Shown here: positions 11,616 to 23,300 of the stretch, piece after piece
How the letters are laid out: each line of letters starts with the position of its first letter
Numbering within the stretch: position 1 is the first letter of the stretch
DNA from: Scenedesmus sp. PABB004
Lineage: Eukaryota
Direction of reading: 5' to 3'
Length of the DNA: 64,000 bases
Assembly (NCBI GenBank): GCA_014905635.1
Contig: JABVCE010000005.1
Coordinates: 372,001-436,000, forward strand
Made by a program: the position numbers and the translations under genes
Notes under the pieces: model-generated
Told to the model about the DNA's origin: nothing
Databases searched by the model: none
What the model saw: the letters and a program-made list of their open reading frames with translations, nothing else

Positions 11616-13967
11616 ATGCGCGCCCTGAGCACGCCGCAGCCCGCGGCCGGGGCGCGGCGGGGCGGCCAGGCCGGGGCGCAGCAGCAGGCCGCCCGCCAGG
11701 CAGCGAAGCGCTGCGTGGCGGCGCGCGTGATCCTGCAGAACGGCAGCAACGGCGCCCCCGGGCCCGCCGCCGGCGAGCCGAGCTTCGCGGCGCTGCGCGC
11801 GGGCGGCGGCGGCGGCGGCGGCCAGGCGCCGCCGCGGCCGCCGAGCCTCGCCGAGCCGGGCGTCGCCGACGTGCCCTACTGGGACCTCCTGGCGCACCCG
11901 GGCATCGACGACAGCATCGCGCGCGCCAAGTCGGCGAGCGACGCGGCCGTGCTGCGGCGCAAGGGGCACCTCAAGGAGCAGGACCGGCTGATCGAGTTCA
12001 TGCGAGACATGCACGACACCCACACCTGCGAGGAGGTCATGACCAAGATGGAGCGCTGGGTCTCGGTGCGCAGCGCCGCTAGGCGCGCGGCGCAGCGCGG
12101 CGCCGCGCAGCGCGGAGCCAGGGGCGGCCAGCGCGGAGCCAGGGGCGGCCTGGAGCGCCGGCGCGCCGCAGCCGGCGCGCCGCCTGACGCCGCCCGTGTG
12201 CCGCGCGCCCGCGCCCGCGCGGCGCAGGAGCACCGCAGCGACCCGCGGCGCAGCAAGCTGAAGCGCATCGTGCCCACGGTCGGCTCGTTCTTCACGCCGC
12301 TGCGCCTCGCCGACGCGTTCCGGGAGTATGACGCCTTCTTCCACCTCAGGCGCGACACCACAGCAAGCGCAGCGCGCTGGCGCGGCGCCCCAATGCAGCG
12401 CCCCGCACGCGGCGCCCCGCGCGCCCCGCGCGCGGCCCGCCCACGCCCACGCCCTGCCCGCGCCGCGCACGCCCCGGGGCCCCGTGCGCAGCCGGCGGAA
12501 GCACATCCCGCCCAACTTTGCGGAGCTGCGCCACATCCTCAACATCGCCCAGATCCACGCGTCCGCGGCGGCGCTCCGGCTTATCACCTTTGACGCCGAC
12601 GGCACGCTCTACGCCGACGGGCAGCACATGCAGCAGGACAACGAGATGATACAGCTCTTCATCAACCTCATGCGCTCCAACATCGACGTCGGCATCGTCA
12701 CCGCCGCGGGCTACCCGGGCGAGGCCGCCAAGTTTGAGTCGCGCATCCAGGGCCTGCTCGCCGCGTTTGCAAAGTACAAGCTCCCGCCGACGATCACCAA
12801 CCGGTGCGCGCCGCGCGGGCGGCGCGCGCCCGCCGCCCGCGCCCCGCCGCCCGCGGCCCCGCGGCCCCGCCGCCCACGGCCCCGCCGCCCGCCCGCCCGC
12901 CCGCCCGCCACTGCGCGCCCGCCCCAGGTTCCACCTGATGGGGGGCGAGTGCAACTACCTGCTGCGCGTCAACCACGGCAGCGGGCGGCTCGAGTTTGTG
13001 CCGGACGACGACTGGCAGACGCCCGAGATGCTCGCGTGGGAGGAGGAGGACATCAAGGTGCGCACGCACACACACGCGCCCCGGGGCTTAGCCCAGGGCT
13101 TGGCCCAGGGCTTGGCCCAGGGCTTGGCTCGGCCCAGGGCTGTGCGGGGCTGTTGCGGCTGCGCCGGCGGCCGGGGCGCGGGCTGCGAGGCTGCGGGCGG
13201 CGCCGGCGCGGCGGCAGCGCCGCGCGCGCCTGCCGACGCCGCCCGCCCGCGCGCCCGCCCGCCTGCGCGCCCCGCCGCGCCGCCCCGCGCCGCAGGAGCT
13301 GCTTGACGACGCGCAGACGCAGCTGACCGAGGGCGCGGCGCGGCTGTGCATGCCGGTGCAGCTCATCCGCAAGACGCGCAGCGTCGGCGTCGTGCCGACG
13401 GCGGCCACGATCTACGAGGTGCTCGAAGAGCTCGCCATCAGCGTGCAGACCAACCTCATCAGCAAGCTGCCCTTCTGCGCCTTCAACGGCGGCAACGACG
13501 TCTTCGTCGACGTCGGCAACAAGTCGATCGGCCTCGACGCGCTCATGCGCCACCTCGACTGCTACCCGCACGAGGCGCGCCGCCCCGCGGCGCGCCGCCC
13601 CGCGCGCGGGCAGAGCGCTGCCGCGGCGGGCGGGCGGGGCTGAGCGTCGCGCCGGCGCGCCGCGCGCCGCGCAGGTGCTGCACGTCGGCGACCGCTTCAG
13701 CGACACGGGCAACGACACCGCGACGCGCGACTGCTGCTCGATCGTGTGGGTGGCCAACCCCGAGGAGACCGGCTTCTTCGTCAAGATGCTGCTCAAGGCG
13801 CGGCGCTGGCGCTGCTGCTGCCGCTGGCGCTGCCGCGGTGCTGGCGGGGCGCGCCTGCCCGGCGGCGGGCCTGCCGCCGGCACGCGCCGACCGCCGCGTG
13901 CCGCGTGCCGCGCCCCGCGCGCGCGCAGGACATCAACAACCGCAAAACCATGCCCTACATCGAGTGA
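11616..13967 (+). CDS. ISN1: IMP-specific 5'-nucleotidase (ISN1 family, HAD fold) with transit-peptide-like N-terminus, 7 exons
   Basis: Motifs RRKGHLKEQDRLIEF, LITFDADGTLY (HAD motif I), IVTAAGYP, FHLMGGECNYL, PFCAFNGGNDVFVDVGNKSIG and LHVGDRFSDTGND. Stop TGA at 13965-13967. Confidence 0.9.
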
Positions 13968-14517
13968 GCCGCGCAGCAGCAGCGCCGGCGCCGGCGCGGC
14001 GCGACCCCCCCCCCCCCCCCCCCCCGCGACCCGCGCGCCGCAGCACGCAATCTGTCCGGGCTGGGCCACGCACTGCGGCGGCGAGTGTGTACAAAGTAGG
14101 CAGACGTGCGCAGAGGGGCGGTTCTGTACCACCAGGTCGGGCACGCAGCGGGTAGGGGCAGGGGTCCTGCGCTGGGCGTGTGACTTCCCCTACCCGCTGA
14201 CGGGCGAGCCGCGCCGCAGCCGAGGCTGCGAGCGCCGCCGCCAAGGCACCGCCGCGCCAGCGCGCGTGCGTGGACGTGGTGTGGCTCGCCGGCAGCGTCA
14301 GCAGCCGGCCGGCGCCTGCGCAGTCCGCGGCGGCGGCCCCGGCCGCGCGGCGCGCGCCCGTGCGTGCGTGCGTTTCACTGGGCCCCGCCGCCGCCCGCCG
14401 CGCACGCCCTGCGCCGCACGCCGGTGCCCGATGGACTGTGACGGCGTATCCTCCACCGCCGCGCCCCACGCCGCCAACGGCGCGCCCTGCTCGGCGGGAG
14501 CAGCAACCTCGCCCACG

Positions 14518-15040
14518 ATGGCGGCCGCGCCCGCGCAGGGGCTCGCGGCGTTCGATCCCAATCGCCTCAAGGCGCAGTTCGATGACTGGGTCAAGACGCA
14601 GCACCCGGGCGTCGAGGTCGCGGTCGCCACGCTGAGCAGCGCGGCGCAGGGCGTCTTCATCGGCTACCTGCTCGGCAGCTTCAGCGCAATGGACCCCAGC
14701 CAGGCCGCGGGCGGGGGCGCCAACCCCCAGGTCTCCGCCCAGCTGGCGGCGCTGCAGAAGGGCGGGCCCTGGGGCCAGGCGCGCAACCTGGGCGTGTTCA
14801 CGGGCGTGAACGCGGGCCTCTCCCTGGCCATCAAGAAGGCGCGCGGCGGCAAGGAGGACGTCTGGGGCTCGTGAGTCGGCGGCGCCGCCGCCGCCGCGCG
14901 GGCGCGGCCGCCGCTGCTGCCGAGCTGCCGCCGCTGCTGCCGCCGCCGCGGCGGGGCCGCATGCGTGCCGCCGGCGGCGGCCGCGCCCGGCGGCGGGCCG
15001 GGGCCGCGCGCCGGCCGCGCCGGCGCCCACGCCGCCGCCC

Positions 15041-15074
<34 letters not shown>

Positions 15075-15997
15075 GCAGCATGGGCGCCGCGTTTGGCGCG
15101 GGCGTGGCGTTCTCGCTCATTAGCGGCGTGCCCAACCCGCTGCAGAGCGCGTTCACCACGGGCGCCGCGTTTGCGGGTTTCAACGGCCTCTTCTACCAGG
15201 CACGCTCAGCGGCAGGGACCTGGCGGCGGGCAGCGGGGCGCAGGCAGCCAGGCGCAGGCCGCAGCGGGCACCGCCCTGGCGGCAGGCTCTGCTCGTCGGC
15301 AGGCGGCGGGCGGCAGGCGGCGGGCAGCGGGGTGCAGGCGGCGCGCGGCAGGCGGCGGCCGCCGCCGGCTGAGCGGCGCCGCCGCCGGCGCCGCCCCGCG
15401 CGCCGCCGCAGATCAGCCAAGCCTTCAAGCCGGACCACGACGACGTGGAGTACGCGCAGGGCAAGTACATGCTCATGACCCTGGGCCTGCAGGTACGACC
15501 GCCCAGGGGCCGGGCAGCGCAGCGGGGCGCAGCGGGGCGCGGCGGGCGGGCGGTGCCGCGTGCCGCGGCCGCCGTGCTGCAGACGCCGCCGCCGCGTCGG
15601 CACGCTGAGCCCCCGCCGGTCCGCGCCGCGCCGCGCCGCGCGCAGAAGTTTGAGGGCAACCTCAAGAAGGGCCAGCTCACGGACAACACGATCATGCTCT
15701 GGAACGACAGGTGCGCGCGACGCGCTGCCTGCTCCCACGCGCGGGGCCAGGAGCCAGCCGGCCGGGGCTTGTTGCGGCCGCGGCGCCGGCAGCTGGCCGC
15801 CCTGCACCTCACGCCGCCGCGCGCCGCCGCCGCCGCCGCGCCGCCGCAGCGCGCTGAGCGAAATCCGGATACCGGCGGGCCCGCGGCTGCTCATCCTGCA
15901 CCACCTCGACCGCTACCGCAACCCCTCGGCGATCCTCAAGCCCGCGCTGCCGCTGCCGCAGCCGCCCGCGCCCGTGGCCGCCGCGGGCGGCAAGTGA
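14518..15997 (+). CDS. Tim17/22/23 (PRAT) family protein with C-terminal SAM domain, HP30/Tric-like, 5 exons
   Basis: PWGQARNLGVFTGVNAGLSLAIKKARGGKED, MGAAFGAGVAFSLISG and SAM-like MLMTLGLQKFEGNLKKGQLTD..LSEIRIPAGPRLLILHHL. An alternative in-frame ATG lies at 14431. Confidence 0.88.
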
Positions 15998-16198
15998 GCG
16001 CACGGCGCCGGCGCCAGCGCGCGCGGCGGCGGGCTGGCTGCGGCAGGGCGCCGTGGGGCATAAGCTGGGCTGCAGCGGGCGGGCGGGGCTGCAGCGGGCG
16101 GGCGGGCGGGCGGGCGGCACTTTCGTCGGCAGCAGGCGCTGCCGCATTTTTGGCGGCCCCGCTCATCATGTTCAGGTGCCCGAGCGCCAGGGCGTGCG

Positions 16199-16203
16199 TG
16201 TAA
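16199..16203 (+). terminator. Green-algal poly(A) signal TGTAA (HP30-like gene)
   Basis: About 200 nt after the stop; UGUAA is the established chlorophyte signal. Confidence 0.7.
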
Positions 16204-16481
16204 CCAGCAAACGCGCTGCACCGTGAGCCGCGCTTGCATCAGGAAGACCACCGGGCCGGGCGCGGCGCGGGACGTCACCCGCGGCGGCGCGGCGCGCGGC
16301 CGCGGCGGCCATGCCCGCGAGATCCGCCGGCGCCGGCCCCCTGTCCGCACTCGCGCGCGCGGAGATCTCCCACGCAACGCAGCGCGAGCATCGCAGCGAC
16401 CGACGCGAGCTCCAACGCATAGCCCATTGGCGCCCCCTCGCTCGCCCGACCGCCGCGGCGCGCTTAGAGGTTCCCAGCAGC

Positions 16482-17947
16482 ATGCTCTGCCGCGGCGTGC
16501 GGCGGCCGGCCGGCCGCGCAGCAGCTGGCGGCGGCGGCGGCGGCGCAGCAGCGGCGGCGGCCCCGGCGCGGCCGCGCGGCAGCCGGCGGGCGGCCGCGGT
16601 GGTGTGCGCCGCGCAGGAGGGAAGCGGGTGCGTGCGGGCGTTGCCGTGAGCAGGCGGCCGGGCCGAGCAGCGAGCCCGGCGGCCCGCACGCCGGGCGCGT
16701 GGCCGGCCGAGCGCGCCGCGGCGCCCGCCGCCCTCTCTCTCCCTGGCGCAGCGACGTCTTTGCCGACATCAAGCGCATCGCCAAGAAGATCCAGGGCGCG
16801 CTGCCCATCGTGGGCCTCGTGTCGCGGCTGTCGGCGCCGGGCGGCGGCTTCGACGAGACGGTGCACCGCGCGCCGCGCGCCGCTCGGCGGCAGTCGACGC
16901 GGCCGAGCCAGCTCTCAGCGCCGCGCGGCTCACCTCACCCCCCCCCCCCCCCACACACACACACACGCCGCCGCAGTCGTACCCGGAGTTTTGCCGGTCC
17001 GTGTTTGACGCCGCCGACACGACCGTGCGCGAGGCGGTGGTCGGCCTGGAGCAGCGCCACGGCAGGGTGCGCGGCGCGCGGCGCACAGCGCAGCGCGGCG
17101 GCGCGCTGGCAGGCCGCGCCCCCCGCCGCCGCCGCGCCCGCGCGACGCCCGCCGCCGCGCCGCCGCCGCCGCGCGTGCGCGCTCGTGCCGCGCAGCTGGC
17201 GCAGAGCCGGTGGCTCTACATCATGCTCTGGATGGCCAAGCACGGCGCGGGGCTGGTGCCGCCCAAGAATGTCATCCTCGCAGCGCGCCGCCTGCGCGTC
17301 ACGTGCGCGCTGCCACCGCCGCCGCGGGCGCGCGCGGACTCAGCGCGCCGCCGTTCGCCTGCCCGCCCCTGCCCGCCTGAACACCACGCCCCGCTGCTCC
17401 GGCGCGCAGGCAGGACATCGAGATCGAGATGGACCGCTTTGAGCAGGCGCGCGACGCGGCGCTGGCCAAGTACCGAATGATGGCGCCGCCAAAGGTGCGA
17501 GCCGGCGGGCCGCCTGCCCGTGCTGGCGCCCGCGCCAGCCCCGCGCCGCGCTCGCCGCGCCCGGGACAGAGGGCCCGGCGGGGGGCGGGCGAGCGCGCCG
17601 CCCCCAGACCGCGCGCCGCGCCGCCGGCCGGCGCGCAGGGCAAGCTGAGCGACGCGCTGGACCTTGCGGTCGACGGCGTGGCCGTGCTCTGCCTCGGTGC
17701 GCCAAGCAGCGCTGCGGCAGCGGCGGCGCCCGGCGGCCGCCGGCCGCCGCCGCCGCCGCGCCCGCCAACCGCCGCGCCCGCCGACCGCCGCGCCGCGCTT
17801 GCAGGCCTGGGCGACGGCGCGGCGGTGTCTGCCGAGGACGCCGCGCTGCTCGAGCCCATCCTCCGCTACGTGTGGCCCGAGGCGAGCGCGGAGGACGCGG
17901 CGGCCAGCATAGCGGGGCGCGCCGGCCGCGTGTCGGCCTACACCTAG
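16482..17947 (+). CDS. PSA3: Photosystem I assembly factor PSA3-like, plastid-targeted, 7 exons
   Basis: Transit peptide, then KKIQGALPIVGLVSRLSAPGGG, YPEFCR, WMAKHGAGLV and RLRVTQDIEIEMDRF, matching my recollection of plant PSA3. Splice phases are consistent. Confidence 0.75.
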
Positions 17948-18072
17948 GTGTGCGGCGCGCTCGGGCTCGGCCATGGGCGCGCACGCCCGCTGCCACACAG
18001 CACGTGCTGTGCTGCGAGCGTCGGCGCCGCGGGGGACCCGTGGCCTGGGGGCTCGCGGCCGCGCGCGTCACG

Positions 18073-18077
18073 TGTAA
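18073..18077 (+). terminator. Poly(A) signal TGTAA (PSA3)
   Basis: About 125 nt after the stop. Confidence 0.7.
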
Positions 18078-18144
18078 CAGATGGCCACCACGTGCACGGC
18101 ACGGCCGCCGCCCCGCCCGCCCGCCTGCCCTCCCCCTGCCGCCG

Positions 18145-18594
18145 CTACTCCGCCATCTCCTCGCCGCCGCCGTCCACCGCCGCGATCGCCGCCGCCTGCG
18201 CCGCGGTCGGGCGCCGCTGCTTGGCGCCGCCCTTGCCGCGCCGGCCGGCCTTGAGCTTGGTGCCCTTGGCCGCGCCGGCGCCGGCGTCGGCCATGACCGC
18301 GTCGGCGCCGAGCGTGAGCGCCGCAGCCTCGGCGACGCGCTCCTTGTGCGCGGCGCGCCGCGCGGCCTTGGCGGTGCGCTTGCCAGAGCTCCGCTTCATC
18401 GCGGCCTTGTGCTTGGCCTCCAGCTGCGCCGCCTTGCGCTTCACGCGCGCCTTTTTCTTCTGCGGCGCGGGAGCGGCGGCAGCGGCCGCGGCGGCGGGCA
18501 TGAGCTCGGGCGCGCGCAGCAGGCGGCGGCGAGCTCGCGGCACGCGGGCGACCTTCTCTTTGTTGAAGCTCAGATGCTTGCCATTGAAGACCAT
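18145..18594 (-). CDS. Small intronless Lys/Arg-rich protein (149 aa), unknown function
   Basis: Clean ATG-TAG ORF with many AAG codons in a genome whose non-coding DNA is A-poor; basic NLS-like tracts and an acidic EEMAE end. Confidence 0.7.
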   Translation of the reverse strand: MVFNGKHLSFNKEKVARVPRARRRLLRAPELMPAAAAAAAAPAPQKKKARVKRKAAQLEAKHKAAMKRSSGKRTAKAARRAAHKERVAEAAALTLGADAVMADAGAGAAKGTKLKAGRRGKGGAKQRRPTAAQAAAIAAVDGGGEEMAE

Positions 18595-19082
18595 CGCGTC
18601 ACGACCGGGCGGTCTGCGGGCGAGCGTGCAGTGGTGCGCGAGCGTTCGCCGCTGCTGCGACCCCGTGCCGGCCGCCGTGCCCGCCGCCGCGTGGCGCGAG
18701 CAGCTGCTGCGCTCTCGCCACCGCCTGCGCTAGCTCGTGCGCCGGCGCCCGCTGCCCGTCGCGCCGCCAGCGCGCGTGGGCGGCGCGGCGGCTGGCGAGC
18801 GCAGCATCTGCTCCCCCGCCGCGCCGCGCCGCGCGGGTCCCTCACCGCCGCCGCGCCCGGGGATGCGCCTGAGCAGCTGTCCGAGCGCGCGGGGCGAAGC
18901 TGCGCCTCTCGGCTGGGCGGCGCGGAGCGGCGGCGCAAGCAGCGGCGGAGCAGCGGCGGCTGGCGGCGGCGGTGAGCGCACGGCGCTGCGGGAGCGAGAG
19001 AGCGCGTGGTGTGTGCGTCGCAGCGCGTGGGGCGCGCGGCCACGGCCGGTCGCAACACGCGGCCGGTCGCAACACGCGAGGT

Positions 19083-19087
19083 TTACA
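19083..19087 (-). terminator. Poly(A) signal TGTAA (MsrB)
   Basis: TTACA on the + strand, about 20 nt past the stop. Confidence 0.7.
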
Positions 19088-19108
19088 GCCGCGCCCCGGG
19101 GTGCGCGC

Positions 19109-19972
19109 TCACTCGTCGACCTTGTGCGGCAGCGGCTGGCCGTCGGGCACAAACTTGAGCGCCGCGGCGTTGATGCAGTAGCGCTTGCCCGTGGGGCGCG
19201 GCCCGTCGTCAAAGACGTGCCCGAGGTGGGCGCCGCTCTTGGCGCAGACGACCTCCACGCGCGGCATGTACGGGATCGAGCGGTCGACGATCTCAATCAC
19301 GTGCTCGCTGTCGATGGGCGCGAAGAACGACGGCCAGCCTGCGTTGGGGGGAGGCGCCGGAAAGTCAGCTGTCCGGCAGCGTGCGCGGCGCGCGCGGGCC
19401 GCGCCCTCTGCCGCGCTGCCCGCCGCCGCGTGCGCACCGGTGCCGGAGTTGAACTTTGCGTCGGACTTGAACAGCGGCAGCCCCCCGACCGCGCAGACGT
19501 ACGTGCCCTTGGCCTTGTGGTCCCACGGCAGCCCGTCGGCGGTCTTGCCCGTGAAGGCGCGCTCCGTGCCGGCCTCGAGCGCGACGTAGCGCTGAAAGTC
19601 GGTCAGCGACGCCGCCTCGGCCGCGCGCTGCTCGGGCGTGAGCGGCGTCACGTCAAAGCCGGAGCGCGAGACCTTGCGCGGCGTGGCGCCGTCGCCCGGC
19701 GCCCAGCCCGCGCGCGGCTTGGCGGCGGCGCTGCTCGACGACGCGCCCATGCCGCCAAAGAGCTTGCCCAGCAGCGCGCGCGGCGCGACCGCGGCGGTGC
19801 GGCCCCGGCTGGCGCCGCTGCTGCGCGACCGCGGCGGCGCGGCGGCGGCGCGCGTCGCCCTGCGCGCCGGCGGCGGTGGCAGGCGGGCGAGCGCTGGAGG
19901 CAGGCCACATGCGCTGGAGGCAGGCCTCTCCGCCCGGCGTGCCTCGCCCGCCCACCTCAGGGCAGCCTGCAT
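19109..19972 (-). CDS. MSRB: Peptide methionine-R-sulfoxide reductase MsrB, plastid-targeted, 3 exons
   Basis: GTERAFTG, KFNSGTGWPSF and GAHLGHVFDDGPRPTGKRYCIN. Introns at 19860-19955 and 19339-19437. Minus-strand TGTAA at 19083-19087. Confidence 0.95.
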   Translation of the reverse strand: MQAALRWAGEARRAERPASSACGLPPALARLPPPPARRATRAAAAPPRSRSSGASRGRTAAVAPRALLGKLFGGMGASSSSAAAKPRAGWAPGDGATPRKVSRSGFDVTPLTPEQRAAEAASLTDFQRYVALEAGTERAFTGKTADGLPWDHKAKGTYVCAVGGLPLFKSDAKFNSGTGAHAAAGSAAEGAARARRARCRTADFPAPPPNAGWPSFFAPIDSEHVIEIVDRSIPYMPRVEVVCAKSGAHLGHVFDDGPRPTGKRYCINAAALKFVPDGQPLPHKVDE

Positions 19973-20304
19973 GTGTAGCGCGGGCGTCCGGCGCGTGTGG
20001 CACCGGCGCGCTGAGCAGCGGCGGCGCGTGCGGCGTCCGGGAGGCTGGCTGGCTGCGCTGTACTGTGGGCCACTGGTGAGCGCGGGCCCGGAAGCGAAGG
20101 GCAGGCCCTGCGCCGTGCTTTTGTGGCGGCGACCGCCGGTCTGCCGCTGCTGCTTTGTCGCTCCACCCGCTCGCGCCGCCGTCATTGCAGGCGCGCGCTC
20201 CGACACTCCCAGCGCGCCGTGGCAGGGCGGCCGCGACTGCGCGCCCGGCCACTCGCCCGAGCGATGCCGACCCCACGCCTCAATTGAGCGCGCCCTACCG
20301 CGCC

Positions 20305-23300
20305 ATGCGGACGGCCGCACCGGGCGCCGCCGCGGCGGTGGCGCCCGAGCCCCCCGCGGCGCCGCGGCGCGGCGGGCAGCAGCATCCCCGCCGCGCGGCC
20401 GCCGGCGCGCTGCCGGGGAGGCTGGAGCTGTCGCGCGCCCTCCCCGCGCGGCCGTGCCAGGTGCGGGCCCGTCTCAGCGCGCTGCCGGCCCGCGCCGCCG
20501 TGCGGCGCCGCACGCGTGGCCGGCGGCGGCTCCGCTGCTCGCGCCGCCCGCCCACCCCCGCGCCCCGCCCGCCCCCAGGACCCGCCCTCCTACAGCGGCC
20601 TGCGCGACCAGCAGCGGCGGCCGCCGCCGGGCGAGGCGCAGTCGACGTCCGAGCAGCAGCAGCGGCGGCCGCTGCAGCGGCCGGCGTGGCCCCGGCCGGA
20701 GCAGGACGTGTGCAAGGCCGTCAGCCTGCGCCTGAAGCGCGCGGGGAGCGCGCAGGAGGTGCTGCGCGTCGTCGGCGACCATGGCGCGCGCTTCAACGAG
20801 GTGCGCCGCCCGCGGCGGGCACGGCGGCCGCGCTCGGGGCCGCGCGCTGCCAGCTCTCCGGTGCCGCGCGGCGGCGGCAGCGGCCGCGGCAGCACCTCAG
20901 CAGCGCACGTCGCCGCCGCCGCCGCCGACGCCTTCGCTCGCGCGCTGCGCGCCGCAGGTCAACACGGCGCTCGCGTTCGCGCAGCTCGCGCGGCAGCTGC
21001 GCTTCGACTCGGCCGATGGCCGCGCCGCCGCGCTGTCGCACCCCGCGTACGCGCAGCTCGCGCGCCTCGCGGCCGCGCAGGCGGGCGCGCTGAGCGCGCG
21101 GCAGGTCGCGATGGTGCTCACGGCGCTGGCCTGGACGAGCGCCGACGTGCACGCCGACAGCGCCGCCGCCGCCGCCGAGGCCGGCGGCGCGGCGGGCACG
21201 CCCGCTGCGCCGGCGGCGGCGCTGCCTGAGCTGCTCGCCGCGCGGCTGCAGCAGCTGCTGGACGGCAGCGAGCCGGAGGACACGTGCCACTGCCTCTGGG
21301 CGCTCACCAAGCTGGGGCAGCTGGGGTCGCCCGCGGGCGCGGCGCTGCTGGCGGCCGCGACGGCGCACGGCCTGGCGGTCGGGTGGGTGCACTCGTTGAC
21401 AGCCAAGCCCCTCAGCTCGCTGCTCTGGGTGCACGCCCAGGCGCACCTGCTGGCGGCGCAGGAGCAGCAGCAGCAGCTGCTGGGCGCCGCGCAGCGGCAG
21501 CTGCCGCGCCTGGTGTCGGCAGTCGTGGCGGAGGTCAGCCAGCAGGGCTTCCTTGCGACCTGGACGCCGCAGGAGCTCAGCATGCTGCTCTGGGGCTGCG
21601 CCGTCCTCGGGACGGGCGTGGCCGACGAAGCCGCGGGCGCGCCCAGCAGCGGCAGCGCCGGCGACGGCAGCCGGGCGGCGCTGCCGGCTCTGCCGGCGGC
21701 GGTGGTGCAGCAGGTGTGCGGCCTGGCGGCGCAGCAGGCGGTGCGCTTCACGCCGCAGGGCGTCGCCAACACCTGCTGGGCGCTCTCCAAGCTGCTGGCG
21801 CCGGACGGGGGCGGCGCCGCGGCGCGCGCCGCGGCGGCGGCGCTGGTCGGCGCGCTCGCGAGCGGCGCGGCGCCGCAGCTGGCTTACTACAAGCCCCAGG
21901 AGGTGGCCAACCTGCTGTCGGCGTGCGCGCGGCTGCGCGTGGCGCCGCGCGGCCTGACCGCGACGGTGGAGGCGTACGCGCACGGCCACGCACACAGCCT
22001 GGGCGCGCAGGACGCGGCGGAGCTGCTGGTCGGGCTGGTCCACCTGCGCGCGGCGCCGGCGCCGGCGCCGCTGCGCGCGCTGCTCCACCGGCTGCGCCTC
22101 GGCCGCGGCGACCTGCGGCCGTACCAGCTCGCGGCGTCGGCGTGGGCGTGCGTCAAGCTCGCGGGCGGCGCGGCGGGCGCCGCGGACGCGGCCGCGGCGC
22201 AGCTGCGGGACGAGTGCCTCGCGGCGGCGCAGCAGGTGCTGGCGCCGCTCGCGGGCAGCGGCGGCGAGGCCGAGGCGGCGTGGCAGCAGCTCGCCGCCGA
22301 CCCCAGCGGCCGGCCCCTGGTCATGCTGCTGTGGGCGGGCGCGGCGTGCTGCGAAGGCGCTGGCGAGCAGCCGGCGGCCGAGCAGCAGCGGCTCGTGGCC
22401 GCGCTGCTGCCGCGCCTGGAGCGCCAGGCGCGCGCGTGCACCCCAGACACCCTGGTGCAGGCGGCGTGCGCGCTGACGCGGCTGGCGCCGGCGGGCGAGG
22501 CGCAGCAGCAGCGCCTGCTGCAGCACGCCGTCGACGCGGTCGAGGCGCGCCTGCTGCCGGCGATGCCAGCGCTGCCCGCGCAGACGGCGGTGCTGGCGGC
22601 GTGGGCGCTGTGCCGGCTGCATCGGGCTCCAGGCGCCCGCGGCCGCGCGGCAGCGGTGCTCAGCGCCTGCTTGGACGCGCTCGCGGGCCGGCCGCAGCAG
22701 CAGCTGGCGGCCCTGCCTGGCCACGCCGTCGCGGCGCTGCTCTCGTGCTGCGCCACGGCGGGCGTGCCGCCCAGCGCGGGCGTGCTCGCGGGGCTGCTTG
22801 CCGCGGCCGAGCAGCAGGCGCCTCACACGCCCCCGCAGCAGCAGGCGCTGCTGCTGTGGTCGCTCGCGCGGCTGCCCCCGCTGCAGCGCGGCCTGCCGCA
22901 GCCGCTGGTGGCGCGGCAGGCGGCGCTGTCGCAGCAGCTCGGCGGCCAGCTCGCGCGCGCGCTCGAGGTGCAGCTCCTGCACCAGCAGGGCGGCGCGGGC
23001 GGCCCGGCCGGCGCGGGCCGCGCCCGGGCGGCGCCGCAGCCGCAGCAGCGCGGCGGCACAGGCGCCGCGTTGGGCGGTCGCGAGCTGGTGGCGCTCGCGG
23101 CGGCGTGCGCCGCGCAGCCCCAGCTGGCGCGGGGCGAGCTGGCGCTTGCGGTGGCCGAGGCGTGGCAGCTCGCGCTGGCGGAGCGCCTGGCGGCGCGGCG
23201 CCCGGTCAACATCGAGCAGTCGCTGCTGGTGCTCTGGGGCCTCGCCGGCAGCCAGGCGCCCGGGCTGCGCCCGCAGCTGCTGGACATGCTCCAGCAGCTG

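Noticed and set aside
19043..19076. 17-bp direct duplication downstream of the MsrB poly(A) signal as a transposon footprint
   Set aside because: The copies are adjacent with no intervening element; simple slippage is sufficient.
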